Position numbers and translations under genes: made by a program. The notes below the pieces were generated by a model. The model had not been told where the DNA came from. It searched no databases and was given only the letters and a program-made list of their open reading frames with translations. Source: Candidatus Poribacteria bacterium (GTDB taxonomy: Bacteria; Poribacteria; WGA-4E; WGA-3G). Taken from it: a stretch of 64,000 nt of DNA. Position 1 is the stretch's first letter. Every line of letters starts with the position of its first letter. Of the stretch, positions 39,902-50,418 are shown piece after piece. Where the stretch lies: assembly GCA_963663765.2 (NCBI GenBank), contig CAXXUA010000013.1:96001-160000 (forward strand). The letters run 5' to 3'.

Positions 39902-41926
39902 CTAATTTGCAATTACCATTTTGCGGGTTGATTTCGTTTGTCCTGCGCTGAGTGTATAGAAATAGACTCCACTTGCGACAGGTTCACTAGCGGAATTATG
40001 ACCATCCCAATGTGCAGATCGCGATTGAGTGCGATCTGTGCCAGCGGCTTGGAAGCCAACCTTTAGATGTCGTATAGATTCTCCTTTGTGGTTATAGATA
40101 TAGATTTGAACATCTGTATCTTGTGCTAAGTCGTAAGGTATCCATGTTTCTGGATTGAAAGGATTAGGATAGTTCGGTAATAGCACTGTTTTTCTTGGCA
40201 TTACAGAATTTATTAAAATCTCTAAGTTTGTAATTCCTTGACGAAAAACTTTAGAACCGTCATTTACTAAACGGGCTTCAGTAAGCAATTGTTCAATTCT
40301 GTCGATCTGTTGAAGCGGTATAGGAATAGATTTTGGTGCTGCAACATTGCTTGCTTCACCTAAATGTGAAGCAACAAATAGAAAATCAATTAAATCAACG
40401 TTTCCATCCTTATTTACGTCAACTTTCGGATATTCATGCGTATCAGCATCAAAACTATTTGCGACTAAAAGGAGATCTTGGATATCAATGGTCCCGTCAT
40501 TGTTCACATCCCACGGAAGAAATATAGAATTATAATTTTGTTCTTGGTCAGTCGGTAAAGCGGCTTGCCATCCAGCTTGAAGCCGTTCGCTGAGATGTTT
40601 TACGAGTTCCGCGTTTTCTGGAAGATCGGCAATGTTTATAGTTCCATCTGGGTCAGTGTGAAAATCATAAAGTTCTCTTGTTTTTTTCCGCTCCGTGTAT
40701 TGGTATCGTTCTGTGCGAATAGAGTGTGCTGCGTCAATGTCAACTTGGCTAAAAGCAGCCGTTTTCCACGGACGTGTTGGTTCTTTAATCACAGGTGTCA
40801 TGCTTAAGCCTTCAAGTTCTGATGGAATAGGTAATTGGCACAAATCACATAACGTCGGATAGATATCAACAAGTTCCACAAGAGCATTTGTATTAACGCC
40901 ACGAGGAGACTGTCCAGGGAAACTGACAATCAAAGGTGAACGCAGAGCAGCCTCAAAAATAGTTCTTTTGGCAAATGTACCATGCTCTCCAAGATTGAAG
41001 CCATGGTCACCCGCAAGAATGATAACTGTCTCTTCAGATAGTCCGAGTGTATCCAGCTTATCTAAGACACGTCCTACTTGTGCGTCCAGATAACTTGTAG
41101 ATGCAGCATATCCTCGAATTAACTCTAATGTTTTTTCTTTAGATAATGTGCCGCCTTCTGTTGGAATATCCGAATAAACCCTCATTTCATGTTGGGCATG
41201 TATGACAACATCTTCAACATCTTCAATGATTGTCGTGTCGTACAAGTCGTAATATTTTGTTGGCGCGTTGAAAGGCAAATGTGGTTTATAGAAACCAACA
41301 GCGAGAAAGAACTGATCGCCTTGTACATCTTCTAAAACTCCCATTGTGTGTTTTGCTACTTTACCATCTCTTAATTCATCGTCTGAAACATCAAGGGACT
41401 GCCAAGATAGTCGATTAATATAGGGTTCGAATCTTGGTGACCAACTTGGAATACTCCAAGATTTACTATCAGCAAATGGACCATGTAATATTTTTCCTAT
41501 TGAACGTGTATGATAGCCGTGTGTTTTGAAATGTTGTGGTAAAGTAACCACATCAGGTACTGTAGTCCGATAATGTGTATTATTATCTTGCACGCTATTT
41601 GTGTCTGGACGCAATCCCGTGAGTATTGACGCACGGGAGGGATTACAAATTGGGAATTGGCAATAGGCACGGTTGAAAAGTGTACCTCGATGCGCAAGTC
41701 TATCAATATTAGGTGTATGCATTTCTTGATGACCATAACAACCTAACAAAGAGCGCAAATCATCTACCAGGAAAAATAGGACATTATATTGTCCCTGAGC
41801 TTTTGCGGAGAGAATAGGAAAAAGTGCAGTTGTGAAAGCAGCGGTACCGGCTTTTAAACTTGTTGAAAGAAAATCGCGTCGCGTAAACAAGTGTTTTTGC
41901 ACCTGTGATTTTAAATTATGCTTCAT
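39902..41926 (-). CDS. Tat-exported IDS-like sulfatase with dockerin/FlgD-like tail (sulf5)
   Basis: Probable start MKHNL at 41926; TRRDFL, CNPSR and KPHLPF. Confidence 0.9.
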   Translation of the reverse strand: MKHNLKSQVQKHLFTRRDFLSTSLKAGTAAFTTALFPILSAKAQGQYNVLFFLVDDLRSLLGCYGHQEMHTPNIDRLAHRGTLFNRAYCQFPICNPSRASILTGLRPDTNSVQDNNTHYRTTVPDVVTLPQHFKTHGYHTRSIGKILHGPFADSKSWSIPSWSPRFEPYINRLSWQSLDVSDDELRDGKVAKHTMGVLEDVQGDQFFLAVGFYKPHLPFNAPTKYYDLYDTTIIEDVEDVVIHAQHEMRVYSDIPTEGGTLSKEKTLELIRGYAASTSYLDAQVGRVLDKLDTLGLSEETVIILAGDHGFNLGEHGTFAKRTIFEAALRSPLIVSFPGQSPRGVNTNALVELVDIYPTLCDLCQLPIPSELEGLSMTPVIKEPTRPWKTAAFSQVDIDAAHSIRTERYQYTERKKTRELYDFHTDPDGTINIADLPENAELVKHLSERLQAGWQAALPTDQEQNYNSIFLPWDVNNDGTIDIQDLLLVANSFDADTHEYPKVDVNKDGNVDLIDFLFVASHLGEASNVAAPKSIPIPLQQIDRIEQLLTEARLVNDGSKVFRQGITNLEILINSVMPRKTVLLPNYPNPFNPETWIPYDLAQDTDVQIYIYNHKGESIRHLKVGFQAAGTDRTQSRSAHWDGHNSASEPVASGVYFYTLSAGQTKSTRKMVIAN

Positions 41927-41985
41927 TCGTGCATGATTCCTAAATAATCTGATGTAGATTTGTTTTTCCAACGATTTCTAATTAA

Positions 41986-42990
41986 CTATCGCCTATTATA
42001 CCGTAATTTTGTCATTGTTTCAAGGAAAATTTGTGCAATACTTGGATTTAATTCAAACGGAACTCTGGGAGGGACAGGATGTAAGGTATGATTAGCATAA
42101 TTCAGGAATGTTTTGTCCAATGGTAATTCGCAGAATTCACATAAAGATAACAATGTTTCCTCAGGTGCTGTAGTCAACTCTTCAAAACGAACTGTGTAAA
42201 TACAATCTGGGTAGTTTTGTATTAGATTCAGACCTTCATGCATAGACAATACCCATTCAATCGCTGCTCTGTCCAAATGTCTATCACACCTTTTTATATC
42301 CTCAACCACATCTTTCAAGTCATCGTCAGTGGAAACAAGTTGGTCCACTAACAGATTCCATTTGCGGTCATTCACACCCCACCAATCGTGTTTCTCTCCA
42401 TTGACTTGCACGCCGAGTCTCATTGACCAATTCGCAATTGATTGGCAGGTATCCCATCCGTTTCTAATAAGAAAAATAAAACGCGCATCCGGAAATATAG
42501 CACGTACAAAATCAACTCTAAAAATCAGTTCTGGATATTTATCTACAAGACGTTTTGTGCCTGTTGTTGATAGGTATGCACCAAACATTTTGGTGGCACG
42601 TTGTTGCATGTTGTCAGTTTTATCCTCTGCAGACAAACGATATTTTGCATGTTCACGACTGTAGTTTCCGATGATATCTTCATTTGGATGAATGAGGTGC
42701 CATATTGCTTTCGGTTCATTTAAAAACCCTACATCTTTGTGCATGGATAGCACTATTCCAAGTATTGTTGTTCCACTACGACCAGTGCCGAGAATAAAAA
42801 TAGGTTTATGAATAGGTTGAAATTGTCTATGACTATTTGCAGCTTTTTTCAGAAGTGAAAGGACGATTGGATTTATCCATCTACCCTTTGTTGTTAGAGG
42901 ACGTCCTTCAAACAGTGCATAACTGATGAGACGTGTTATTGCTTTGATTGGTCGCGTTTTGATATAAGCAGAATTAATTTGTGCAACCAT
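41986..42990 (-). CDS. PAPS-dependent sulfotransferase
   Basis: 5'-PSB loop IFILGTGRSGTTIL; 3'-PB motif LIRNGWDTCQS. Confidence 0.88.
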   Translation of the reverse strand: MVAQINSAYIKTRPIKAITRLISYALFEGRPLTTKGRWINPIVLSLLKKAANSHRQFQPIHKPIFILGTGRSGTTILGIVLSMHKDVGFLNEPKAIWHLIHPNEDIIGNYSREHAKYRLSAEDKTDNMQQRATKMFGAYLSTTGTKRLVDKYPELIFRVDFVRAIFPDARFIFLIRNGWDTCQSIANWSMRLGVQVNGEKHDWWGVNDRKWNLLVDQLVSTDDDLKDVVEDIKRCDRHLDRAAIEWVLSMHEGLNLIQNYPDCIYTVRFEELTTAPEETLLSLCEFCELPLDKTFLNYANHTLHPVPPRVPFELNPSIAQIFLETMTKLRYNRR

Positions 42991-43013
42991 ATTTCATTTA
43001 TCTCAATTCTTGA

Positions 43014-44039
43014 TTATAGTCGTCTTTTTAAGGTTTCGCGAATGTTCTTTATTCTGTCAAGATTGTAAATAAGTGCTAACACTAATTTCAAGGGAAACGA
43101 GAGTATATTTATTGCTAAGCCGAAAACATTTGGTCTAATTGAGATAGGCAAATAATTGTGCATTAGCATCAATGTTCTATTGAGTTTTTGACAGATGTAT
43201 ATTTCAGCTGAACTGAGGTTACTCACATTCCTATTGCTTTCATTCCAGTATCCTGCGCGCTCTGGATTTATTCCAAGTTGTCCTGGTTTGTCCGTGTTCA
43301 CAGAAGACCCTACTTGCGGTACTTGGAGCAATGACTTATCATATTCTATATCCACAAAGTTGCAAATACGCGAAACCGTGGCTTCAGGATTCTCAAGCAA
43401 TTTCTCAAAGTAGACAGTCATTACCCGTGCGTTATCAGCAAATTTCTCTGCGGTACTAACTGCAGAGTGCCAAATTTTGTTAATCGTTATGGGGTGATAG
43501 TTAATCCAATCGCGCAAACTTTCCTTTATTGGCATATCGGTGCCTCCCAAAAATCTGCGTTTCCATTTACGTTTTTGTGACAAGAGCACATCTCGCGGGT
43601 CACGTACCATATTTACGATTTTTGCGTTCGGATAGTATTTTAGGATTTCATCAATATAAAAGACGTTGCGCGGGGTCTGGTCACAAGGAATGGTTTTTCC
43701 ATGCAACGAAGTCTCGTAACTTAGGAAATCGGAATAAAGTTCTGAGGGGTCAATAGGAAAACCTGTCAACGATTCGCAAAATGTCCGTGCGTCTCGCTCA
43801 AAACGTTGGGAATCTCCATGTGTGCGGTAGCCTTCACGTTGAATACACAACAACTTTGCAGCCAATGCTTCTGCCTCTGATTGATTCAATTTTGCCTTTA
43901 TTGCAGGTGACCAAAGTTGTCCGTAAAAGTGAAGTTCGCCAAAGGTGAAAACATCTGGGTGATTGCCTAATATCCGTCCCATCATTGTTGTGCCGCTACG
44001 ACTGTTCCCAACGACAAAAAGCATTTTAGCAGAATTCAC
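43014..44039 (-). CDS. PAPS-dependent sulfotransferase
   Basis: FVVGNSRSGTTMM; MVRDPRDVLLS. Confidence 0.9.
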   Translation of the reverse strand: MNSAKMLFVVGNSRSGTTMMGRILGNHPDVFTFGELHFYGQLWSPAIKAKLNQSEAEALAAKLLCIQREGYRTHGDSQRFERDARTFCESLTGFPIDPSELYSDFLSYETSLHGKTIPCDQTPRNVFYIDEILKYYPNAKIVNMVRDPRDVLLSQKRKWKRRFLGGTDMPIKESLRDWINYHPITINKIWHSAVSTAEKFADNARVMTVYFEKLLENPEATVSRICNFVDIEYDKSLLQVPQVGSSVNTDKPGQLGINPERAGYWNESNRNVSNLSSAEIYICQKLNRTLMLMHNYLPISIRPNVFGLAINILSFPLKLVLALIYNLDRIKNIRETLKRRL

Positions 44040-45661
44040 TTGTGTACCTCAATTACACCGAAACTGTTTTTGGGAATTGACAGATTCTTTGCTTTCCCTT
44101 TCCATTCTTGGAGACGCACCTCAATTTCCCCCGAACCTTCCAACTCAGCATTTCCCCCATTCGTCGCTTTTAGTCTTTCATTCGCAACAAAACGATATGT
44201 AATCTGCTTTTTAAATCTTCTCCCATCTATGATGATTTGCGGTAAAACTTCATCACTGGTACGGTTGCTGACGAAGATGTTAAGTCGTTCTGTGCTGCCA
44301 ATTGCTTGTGTTTGAATACCGTCCATCATCTGTCCTTTATAATCCAATTGTCCATCAAGCAAAGGTGTATTTGCGGTATAGGTTTTGAACTGTGTGTCAG
44401 CTTTTGAAAAAGCATCACCAATTAATTGAAAAGTATAATAGACAGTGCGCCGAATTGTGTTACCGTAGTCCGATTCAGGTTCACCACCATATTTCCAGAA
44501 ACTGCGTTCAGATGGGGGAGTAATACGAGAAAAAACTGGGAATCCTTTGCCAGGACCAGTAATTACATGAAAATTGGCATGTGTAATTTTGGGTGTATTT
44601 AGGATTTTAAGAAAGAAATCACCCGCGTACATTGCATGCAGTTGTGTGTTTGTGACACGGTTTGCTGGATTGGCGATATTCCATTCTGTGATCCACATCT
44701 CTTTATCGGGGAATAACTCTTGGTAGTATTCCATTGCCTGATCAAAATCATGATGTATCCATCCGAATAAATATCCTCGCATTTGTTCAATTTTCACATC
44801 ACGTGTAGCTTTGTAAGCATAGACATGAACGGAGAAAGCATCATACCAACTTGATGCTGTTGGATCATCTTGTTTAGCTAATCCTTCATCCCATTTACGT
44901 TGCGGTGTTTTTATTAGGAATCCCTCTTTGTGAAATGCGACTGGTGATGCACACACCGAAACCTTTATGTCCGGATCAACCGCTTTCATCGCTAAACCGT
45001 GCTTCTCTGCTTCTCTCATATAGATTTTTGCAGTTGGAAATTTGTTAGCATAGTGTGGAAGATAATGCTCATTTCCGAGTTCCCAATAGGAAACCTTGTA
45101 TCCTTTATTTTTTGCATAACGCACCCATTCAGCACTCTCTTCGGGACTCCCTGTCCATAGATTTACCATGACGATGGGAGTAATATTTTGCTTTTGACAC
45201 AGTTGCATGAAGTTATCAAAAGAAATTATCCCATTCCGACGTTTTTGAAGTCTGACAAAGTTACCTCTATTACGTTTGTTGAGTTGTGGACTCAATGTCG
45301 TCTCCATTTCCTCTCTAATAAAACCTTTAGTTTTCCAGTGGTAGAAATTGCCGACAGTTCCCCCAGGAAAACGAAGCGTCTTCGGTTGGAGTACTTTTGT
45401 GAGAGCCAAAAAGTCTTCATCAAGATACGCGTAATCCCCACTCATCATGTTCGTATTGAAACCGTAGAGTTCTTTTCTTAATGGTGTTGATGTCTGCGTA
45501 TCAACCTCTAAGCGGATTGCTCCATCCATATATGATCTGTCAATACATCCACGTATGAGTATTACAGATAATATGCCACTGGCTAAACAGATGCAAAACA
45601 GGAAAGTCATTGAAGTAAACGATTTCCATTTCTTTGTTTGCTCTTGATTCATAAGTCTCAC
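44036..45661 (-). CDS. Membrane-anchored clan-A glycoside hydrolase (GH51/GH79-like)
   Basis: N-terminal TM; LRFPGG, WELGNE and WITEWN catalytic motifs. Confidence 0.75.
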   Translation of the reverse strand: MRLMNQEQTKKWKSFTSMTFLFCICLASGILSVILIRGCIDRSYMDGAIRLEVDTQTSTPLRKELYGFNTNMMSGDYAYLDEDFLALTKVLQPKTLRFPGGTVGNFYHWKTKGFIREEMETTLSPQLNKRNRGNFVRLQKRRNGIISFDNFMQLCQKQNITPIVMVNLWTGSPEESAEWVRYAKNKGYKVSYWELGNEHYLPHYANKFPTAKIYMREAEKHGLAMKAVDPDIKVSVCASPVAFHKEGFLIKTPQRKWDEGLAKQDDPTASSWYDAFSVHVYAYKATRDVKIEQMRGYLFGWIHHDFDQAMEYYQELFPDKEMWITEWNIANPANRVTNTQLHAMYAGDFFLKILNTPKITHANFHVITGPGKGFPVFSRITPPSERSFWKYGGEPESDYGNTIRRTVYYTFQLIGDAFSKADTQFKTYTANTPLLDGQLDYKGQMMDGIQTQAIGSTERLNIFVSNRTSDEVLPQIIIDGRRFKKQITYRFVANERLKATNGGNAELEGSGEIEVRLQEWKGKAKNLSIPKNSFGVIEVHK

Positions 45662-47007
45662 AAGCCGATTTTTATTGTTCTATAGGTTTGAAGTGATGCG
45701 TCACTTCCAAACATGAGGCCTGCACACAACCAAAAATAGAACCCGTAACCTCTGAATTCAAGTGTGCGATTGAAAAACAGCAGAAAAACAGTCACAGTAA
45801 CTAAGCATAACATAGTCATAGCAATTTCTTTCGTATATTTGCCGACTGCATGTTTATATATGCTCAAAGCAGCCATAAAGAGTCGGAGAAAGATTAAGGC
45901 AAATAATCCTAAACCTAACAACCCGTAGAAACAGAGAATAGCGACCCAATACACATCTTTAAAACCTTTTTTACTTAGGACTTTGAGAAGAAACGAACGT
46001 TTGCTCATATTAAGTCTTTCAATTGTCGTGTTCTGGTCTGCACCATAACCTAAAATAGGTTTATTTGCAAGGACTGTCGGTACATTTCCGATGAGCGCAC
46101 CGAGTCTCTGTTTTTGAGCGACATGCACATAAGAACCGGAAAAAACACCTGTAATATTCCCTACCATACCGACTTTTGCTTTGCGGGGATTTATGTATTC
46201 CAATCCGAATGGGTTCACGATTGCCAACAAAACTGCAAAAATGAGTATTATTGCTAATGCTAAACGCAATGCTTGCATCCAACCGTATTGGAAGAAGTAC
46301 CAAGCGGCACAAGCCAAAATTGCGGAAAAAGTTGCGGCGCGTGAATATGATCTTGCAATGAACATTAACAGGATCGCTATTCCAAGCAAATTTAGATATT
46401 CTAATCGTTTTATACGCGACAAAAAAATGACCAATATAAGGATCATAAAGACCCCATAAATGACAGTATCTCCTAAAGTGCCGTAGATACTTCCTATTTC
46501 TCGTCCTAATTCCAACAACCTGTATTCTTTTGTAAAACCCCCAACTTCAAGATTAGAGGCGCGAGGAAGGAAGAAGTCAAAAGCACCGGTACCACCAACC
46601 CACTGTATCATACCGGCAAAGAGTTGGACGACACCAACACAAAGAACAATTCGAAGTAACGTCCCAATTCGTTTTTCAGACAAAGGAGAATTGGCTATGA
46701 GGTAGAATAGGACGATATATCTTGCAAACGGTCTGATATTGTAAAGACTTCCGATCAGTGGTGAACGGTTTATCACCATGGAAAGAAAAACCACGATATA
46801 AAAACCTATAACGGGTATATCAATTGAAGTTTTGACAAACGGGATCCCTTTGTAGAGTTTGTGGATAACGAGTTTCCCAAATGCTACGTAGATTAGCATT
46901 TCACCCAAGAATCTTAGATAGGAATAGATGGTATCACTTACAGGCAAGAACTTAAGTACAAATTCTTCAAATGCAAAGTAACCCGTGAGAAAATATATAA
47001 TTGACAT
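45658..47007 (-). CDS. Wzy polymerase / O-antigen-ligase-like membrane protein
   Basis: About 11 TM helices; SYSRAA and PILGYG loop motifs; polysaccharide-locus context. Confidence 0.75.
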   Translation of the reverse strand: MSIIYFLTGYFAFEEFVLKFLPVSDTIYSYLRFLGEMLIYVAFGKLVIHKLYKGIPFVKTSIDIPVIGFYIVVFLSMVINRSPLIGSLYNIRPFARYIVLFYLIANSPLSEKRIGTLLRIVLCVGVVQLFAGMIQWVGGTGAFDFFLPRASNLEVGGFTKEYRLLELGREIGSIYGTLGDTVIYGVFMILILVIFLSRIKRLEYLNLLGIAILLMFIARSYSRAATFSAILACAAWYFFQYGWMQALRLALAIILIFAVLLAIVNPFGLEYINPRKAKVGMVGNITGVFSGSYVHVAQKQRLGALIGNVPTVLANKPILGYGADQNTTIERLNMSKRSFLLKVLSKKGFKDVYWVAILCFYGLLGLGLFALIFLRLFMAALSIYKHAVGKYTKEIAMTMLCLVTVTVFLLFFNRTLEFRGYGFYFWLCAGLMFGSDASLQTYRTIKIGL

Positions 47008-47044
47008 TTTATATTACTAAACTACAAGAGCAGATTGATAGACC

Positions 47045-47947
47045 TTAGATAGAATCCTTATACGAATTCCAATGAGATAAATCTTGGTGAATTAATTTCT
47101 CCAATTGCTCGTTGTGTGGTTTAAAATAGTTGACTAATTCCTTGTGCGTTTTTGAAGTTAGAGGTGGCGGTGAAAAATGTTTTTCATTCAAATCCAAAAT
47201 GGTTTTTCTGATTTTATGAGCTGCTTTTGACGGTACCAACTTGCGAATTGCACGTCTGATTGGGTTTTTAGATGCAAGAAACTGTGTGAACAGATAGCTA
47301 AATTTATCGGAACGTGGCATTGCTGCTTGATTATAGTGCCGTTCTACGCTCGGTTCAAAATCCTCACGGATACCTATCAAGTTATAGATACGTCTACATA
47401 CTGCTTTAGCATCGGTCTTTAGTTCATCTGTTAGGATGCAATGTATCTGCTCTTCTCCAAATTGCGTTATCAGGTTTTTGATAGGTGGATAGTAGGTACT
47501 ATTGAACTTATATGCGCATTGTCTCCATTTGAACCAATCTTCAATGAGGCGGTGCTGTTCTACTGCGAGTGCTTCTTCAAATGTTTTGATATTTTCCCAA
47601 CCTCTGCGCCGCGCCCACCAATAAGCAGAATAGGCGCGAGCAACCGGTTCTCGGAGGAGAACAACAAGATGGATCTTCGGATTGTGTTTATAGATCCGTT
47701 GCATTATGTCATGTGAGTACATCACCATAACATTCTTTGCAATCAGTTTTTTGTCCTCAGGACATTGTGCAAAGTATTTCGTATAAGCCAATTCGTAACC
47801 ACGTTCATATTCATGGTCTTGGAGAAAATAGGTCATCTCTGACTGTGAATGGGTATGTATCTCGGGATGCTGTGCTAAATAACGCAGTAGTGAGGAAGTT
47901 CCCGATTTCTGAGTTCCCACAATCATGAGTTGAATTGTTTTATTCAT
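47045..47947 (-). CDS. Sulfotransferase (heparan-sulfate 3-O/N-sulfotransferase-like fold)
   Basis: IVGTQKSGTSSL…QHP…E; LREPVARAYS. Confidence 0.88.
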   Translation of the reverse strand: MNKTIQLMIVGTQKSGTSSLLRYLAQHPEIHTHSQSEMTYFLQDHEYERGYELAYTKYFAQCPEDKKLIAKNVMVMYSHDIMQRIYKHNPKIHLVVLLREPVARAYSAYWWARRRGWENIKTFEEALAVEQHRLIEDWFKWRQCAYKFNSTYYPPIKNLITQFGEEQIHCILTDELKTDAKAVCRRIYNLIGIREDFEPSVERHYNQAAMPRSDKFSYLFTQFLASKNPIRRAIRKLVPSKAAHKIRKTILDLNEKHFSPPPLTSKTHKELVNYFKPHNEQLEKLIHQDLSHWNSYKDSI

Positions 47948-47989
47948 TGAATTTCATCTCTTTGAAATAATGACTTGACTTCCTCTGAA

Positions 47990-48973
47990 CTAAAGCTCAG
48001 TAGTAAATAGTTGCCATGGTGGATTTCTACTGATTAATTCTGCAAGATTATGCACATCGTCCTTGTAAAAATTGATTAGCCGATTTCGTGTCTCATCTGA
48101 CATGTTGACGTTTTCAGTTGGACGTGTGTTTAGTCGGAGATAAATTGGTTCAATTGTTCGTCTGAGTAATTTAAATGAACTATGTACAATCGGTTTGTCA
48201 TGAGTCCATTTGCGTAATCGGAATCGGAAGTCTCTATACTTTCTATGTACTTCAGTGTTTTTCATCGTTTCAGTCCGATTTGTGACTTTAAACGTGTAAT
48301 CCTCGTAAAAACTTGCATCGATGTCTGCGAAACGACATAGGTTATTGAGAACTGTTGAAGGGTCTGTTGCAAGGTCTTCATAATAGAGGATGTGCAAACG
48401 TGATGGTTCAAACTGACTATAATACTCCTTGAGATAAACCGAATAACATCCTTGTTTGAGTGTTTCCCAATGTTGTTCAGCGGGTGTTTCATCCTTATTA
48501 CCAAAAAAATCAGAATCATACTTACCATCAAAATAGTCAAATAAAATCTCTACATAGGTATCAAAAGTAAAGTCTTGTGGTAATTTTCCATCCTGTTTTG
48601 CAAACCGATACCATGAGATCAACCTTGAAATCGGTTCACGTAGACTAAAAACAAACTTTGCTTTGGGTAGAAACTTTGCAATTCTTTCAAGTGCATAAGG
48701 ACAATACAGATAATCTGGTGTTGATTCAAGTCGGATCTGATCGTCACCGCATTGTGGAAAAAGTAGATTATACTCCTCTACATCACCGGTAAATCTATAT
48801 TTTGAGGGTAGTGGGTAATCAGTGTGTAGAAAGAATCGTGTTTCTTTGTAGGTGGCACTACATATAGCGGGATGGTCTGCAAGATATGTAAATAACGATG
48901 TCGTGGCAGCTTTTGTTGTTCCACCAACGATTAAATAGTGATGGTCACTGACCATTTTTGTTGAAATACTCAT
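47990..48973 (-). CDS. Sulfotransferase (same class)
   Basis: VGGTTKAATTSL…HP…KETRFF; ESTPDY; LREPISRLIS. Confidence 0.88.
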   Translation of the reverse strand: MSISTKMVSDHHYLIVGGTTKAATTSLFTYLADHPAICSATYKETRFFLHTDYPLPSKYRFTGDVEEYNLLFPQCGDDQIRLESTPDYLYCPYALERIAKFLPKAKFVFSLREPISRLISWYRFAKQDGKLPQDFTFDTYVEILFDYFDGKYDSDFFGNKDETPAEQHWETLKQGCYSVYLKEYYSQFEPSRLHILYYEDLATDPSTVLNNLCRFADIDASFYEDYTFKVTNRTETMKNTEVHRKYRDFRFRLRKWTHDKPIVHSSFKLLRRTIEPIYLRLNTRPTENVNMSDETRNRLINFYKDDVHNLAELISRNPPWQLFTTEL

Positions 48974-49016
48974 AATTCGTCATGTGTTAAACCGATGCTA
49001 CAAGGTAAAAGTGAGA

Positions 49017-50363
49017 TCAATATCGGGTGAACAAAGAAATCCCGGTTTTTCGCAGTAGGTATGTTAGATTCGCAACTGCAAGCAATGCCGTCACTGCAAC
49101 AGCTACTGGGATTCCAACAAGTTGCCATACATTTACCAATCCAAAAGCTAAAACGAAGTTTATAACAGCCATCGTTAGCATGTTTCTAAAAACAAGTGAA
49201 TACGCTTTTTGTGCATAAAGTCCAGCATTTAACACAGGTATAAGACATGCGAATGTCATACCCGTACTGAGCCAAAAAAGCAGTTGTGCAATCTGTTGAA
49301 TTGATGATTCATTAAGACTACTTTGTCCGTAGAAAAACAGCATAGATATGATTTTTGTATTGCTTAGAAGCAAAAGCAATGACACCGGTATTGCAATGCA
49401 GAGTGCTGCAACTATATTTCTATAGAGTGTGTGTTTTAATTTGTGGTGATTATCCTCCACATCATGTGTCGCCATTTCGGGTAACCCTGTAGTGGCAATA
49501 CTTATACCAATGAGTGTTTGTATAGCAGAATAAATTCGGAATGCGCTGTTGTAACGTGTGATTGCGCCTTCACCTATTTTCTCTACAAGATATATTTCAA
49601 CTAACAAACGTGCACTGATCTGTCGGATTGCAAACCCCAGTGTAGGTAACGTAATAGCGTTTTTCAATGAACGTAACGTTTCAAAAGATACCCATTTTAG
49701 TTGATACCGATGTCCTGTTTGGTACATTCCAAGGCATAACCATCCGAAGTATGCTACGAATCCTACTGTATAAGCTAACGTAACCCAGTGGGATATTTGT
49801 TCTGTGTTCCATAGGAACAGAAAGACTACAGTAGCAATGCCCGGTGGTAATGCATTTCGGAGTGCTACGGTTTTGAATCGTCTCTGACTGTTGAGATATG
49901 CACCAAGTATCGTACTTCCACAACCGAAAATCAGTAGTGGCGAACAATACCTTAATAGAAGTGTCATTTCTGTTTGAGCTTCAACTGAGCTACTTGATAG
50001 CAACACTATAGCAATCCATGGTGCAAAAACCGCTATTGTCAGTGCGATCATCGCACCTACTCCCAGTGCAAGATTTAGGATTCCGTTCGTAAAGTGTTGA
50101 TATGCGACACCTTTCTTTGATTTCTCCTCATTAATAAAAAGTGGGACAAGACTAAACTTAGCGCCTTCCCTAAAAATAGTATCTACTAATAGGACAACTT
50201 TTAACGCGGTAATCAATGCGTCCGCAGTAGAACCTTCTCCCAAGCGTCTCGGAATTAACAGATGGAATATGAGACCAAACGCCATTCCAACAAAAGTAAT
50301 CAGCATCACCCATCGCGTTGGACCATGCCAAAGTTTGTTGATGAGGCTGCGAAAACGGTTCAT
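49017..50363 (-). CDS. MurJ/MviN-like (MOP) flippase
   Basis: About 12 TM helices; FREGA…LVPLF; GISIATTGLP. Confidence 0.75.
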   Translation of the reverse strand: MNRFRSLINKLWHGPTRWVMLITFVGMAFGLIFHLLIPRRLGEGSTADALITALKVVLLVDTIFREGAKFSLVPLFINEEKSKKGVAYQHFTNGILNLALGVGAMIALTIAVFAPWIAIVLLSSSSVEAQTEMTLLLRYCSPLLIFGCGSTILGAYLNSQRRFKTVALRNALPPGIATVVFLFLWNTEQISHWVTLAYTVGFVAYFGWLCLGMYQTGHRYQLKWVSFETLRSLKNAITLPTLGFAIRQISARLLVEIYLVEKIGEGAITRYNSAFRIYSAIQTLIGISIATTGLPEMATHDVEDNHHKLKHTLYRNIVAALCIAIPVSLLLLLSNTKIISMLFFYGQSSLNESSIQQIAQLLFWLSTGMTFACLIPVLNAGLYAQKAYSLVFRNMLTMAVINFVLAFGLVNVWQLVGIPVAVAVTALLAVANLTYLLRKTGISLFTRY

Positions 50364-50418
50364 ATTGAATTCATATTTGGTATCAGTTCAACCGATGTTA
50401 TTGCATCGCTGTTGGGGT

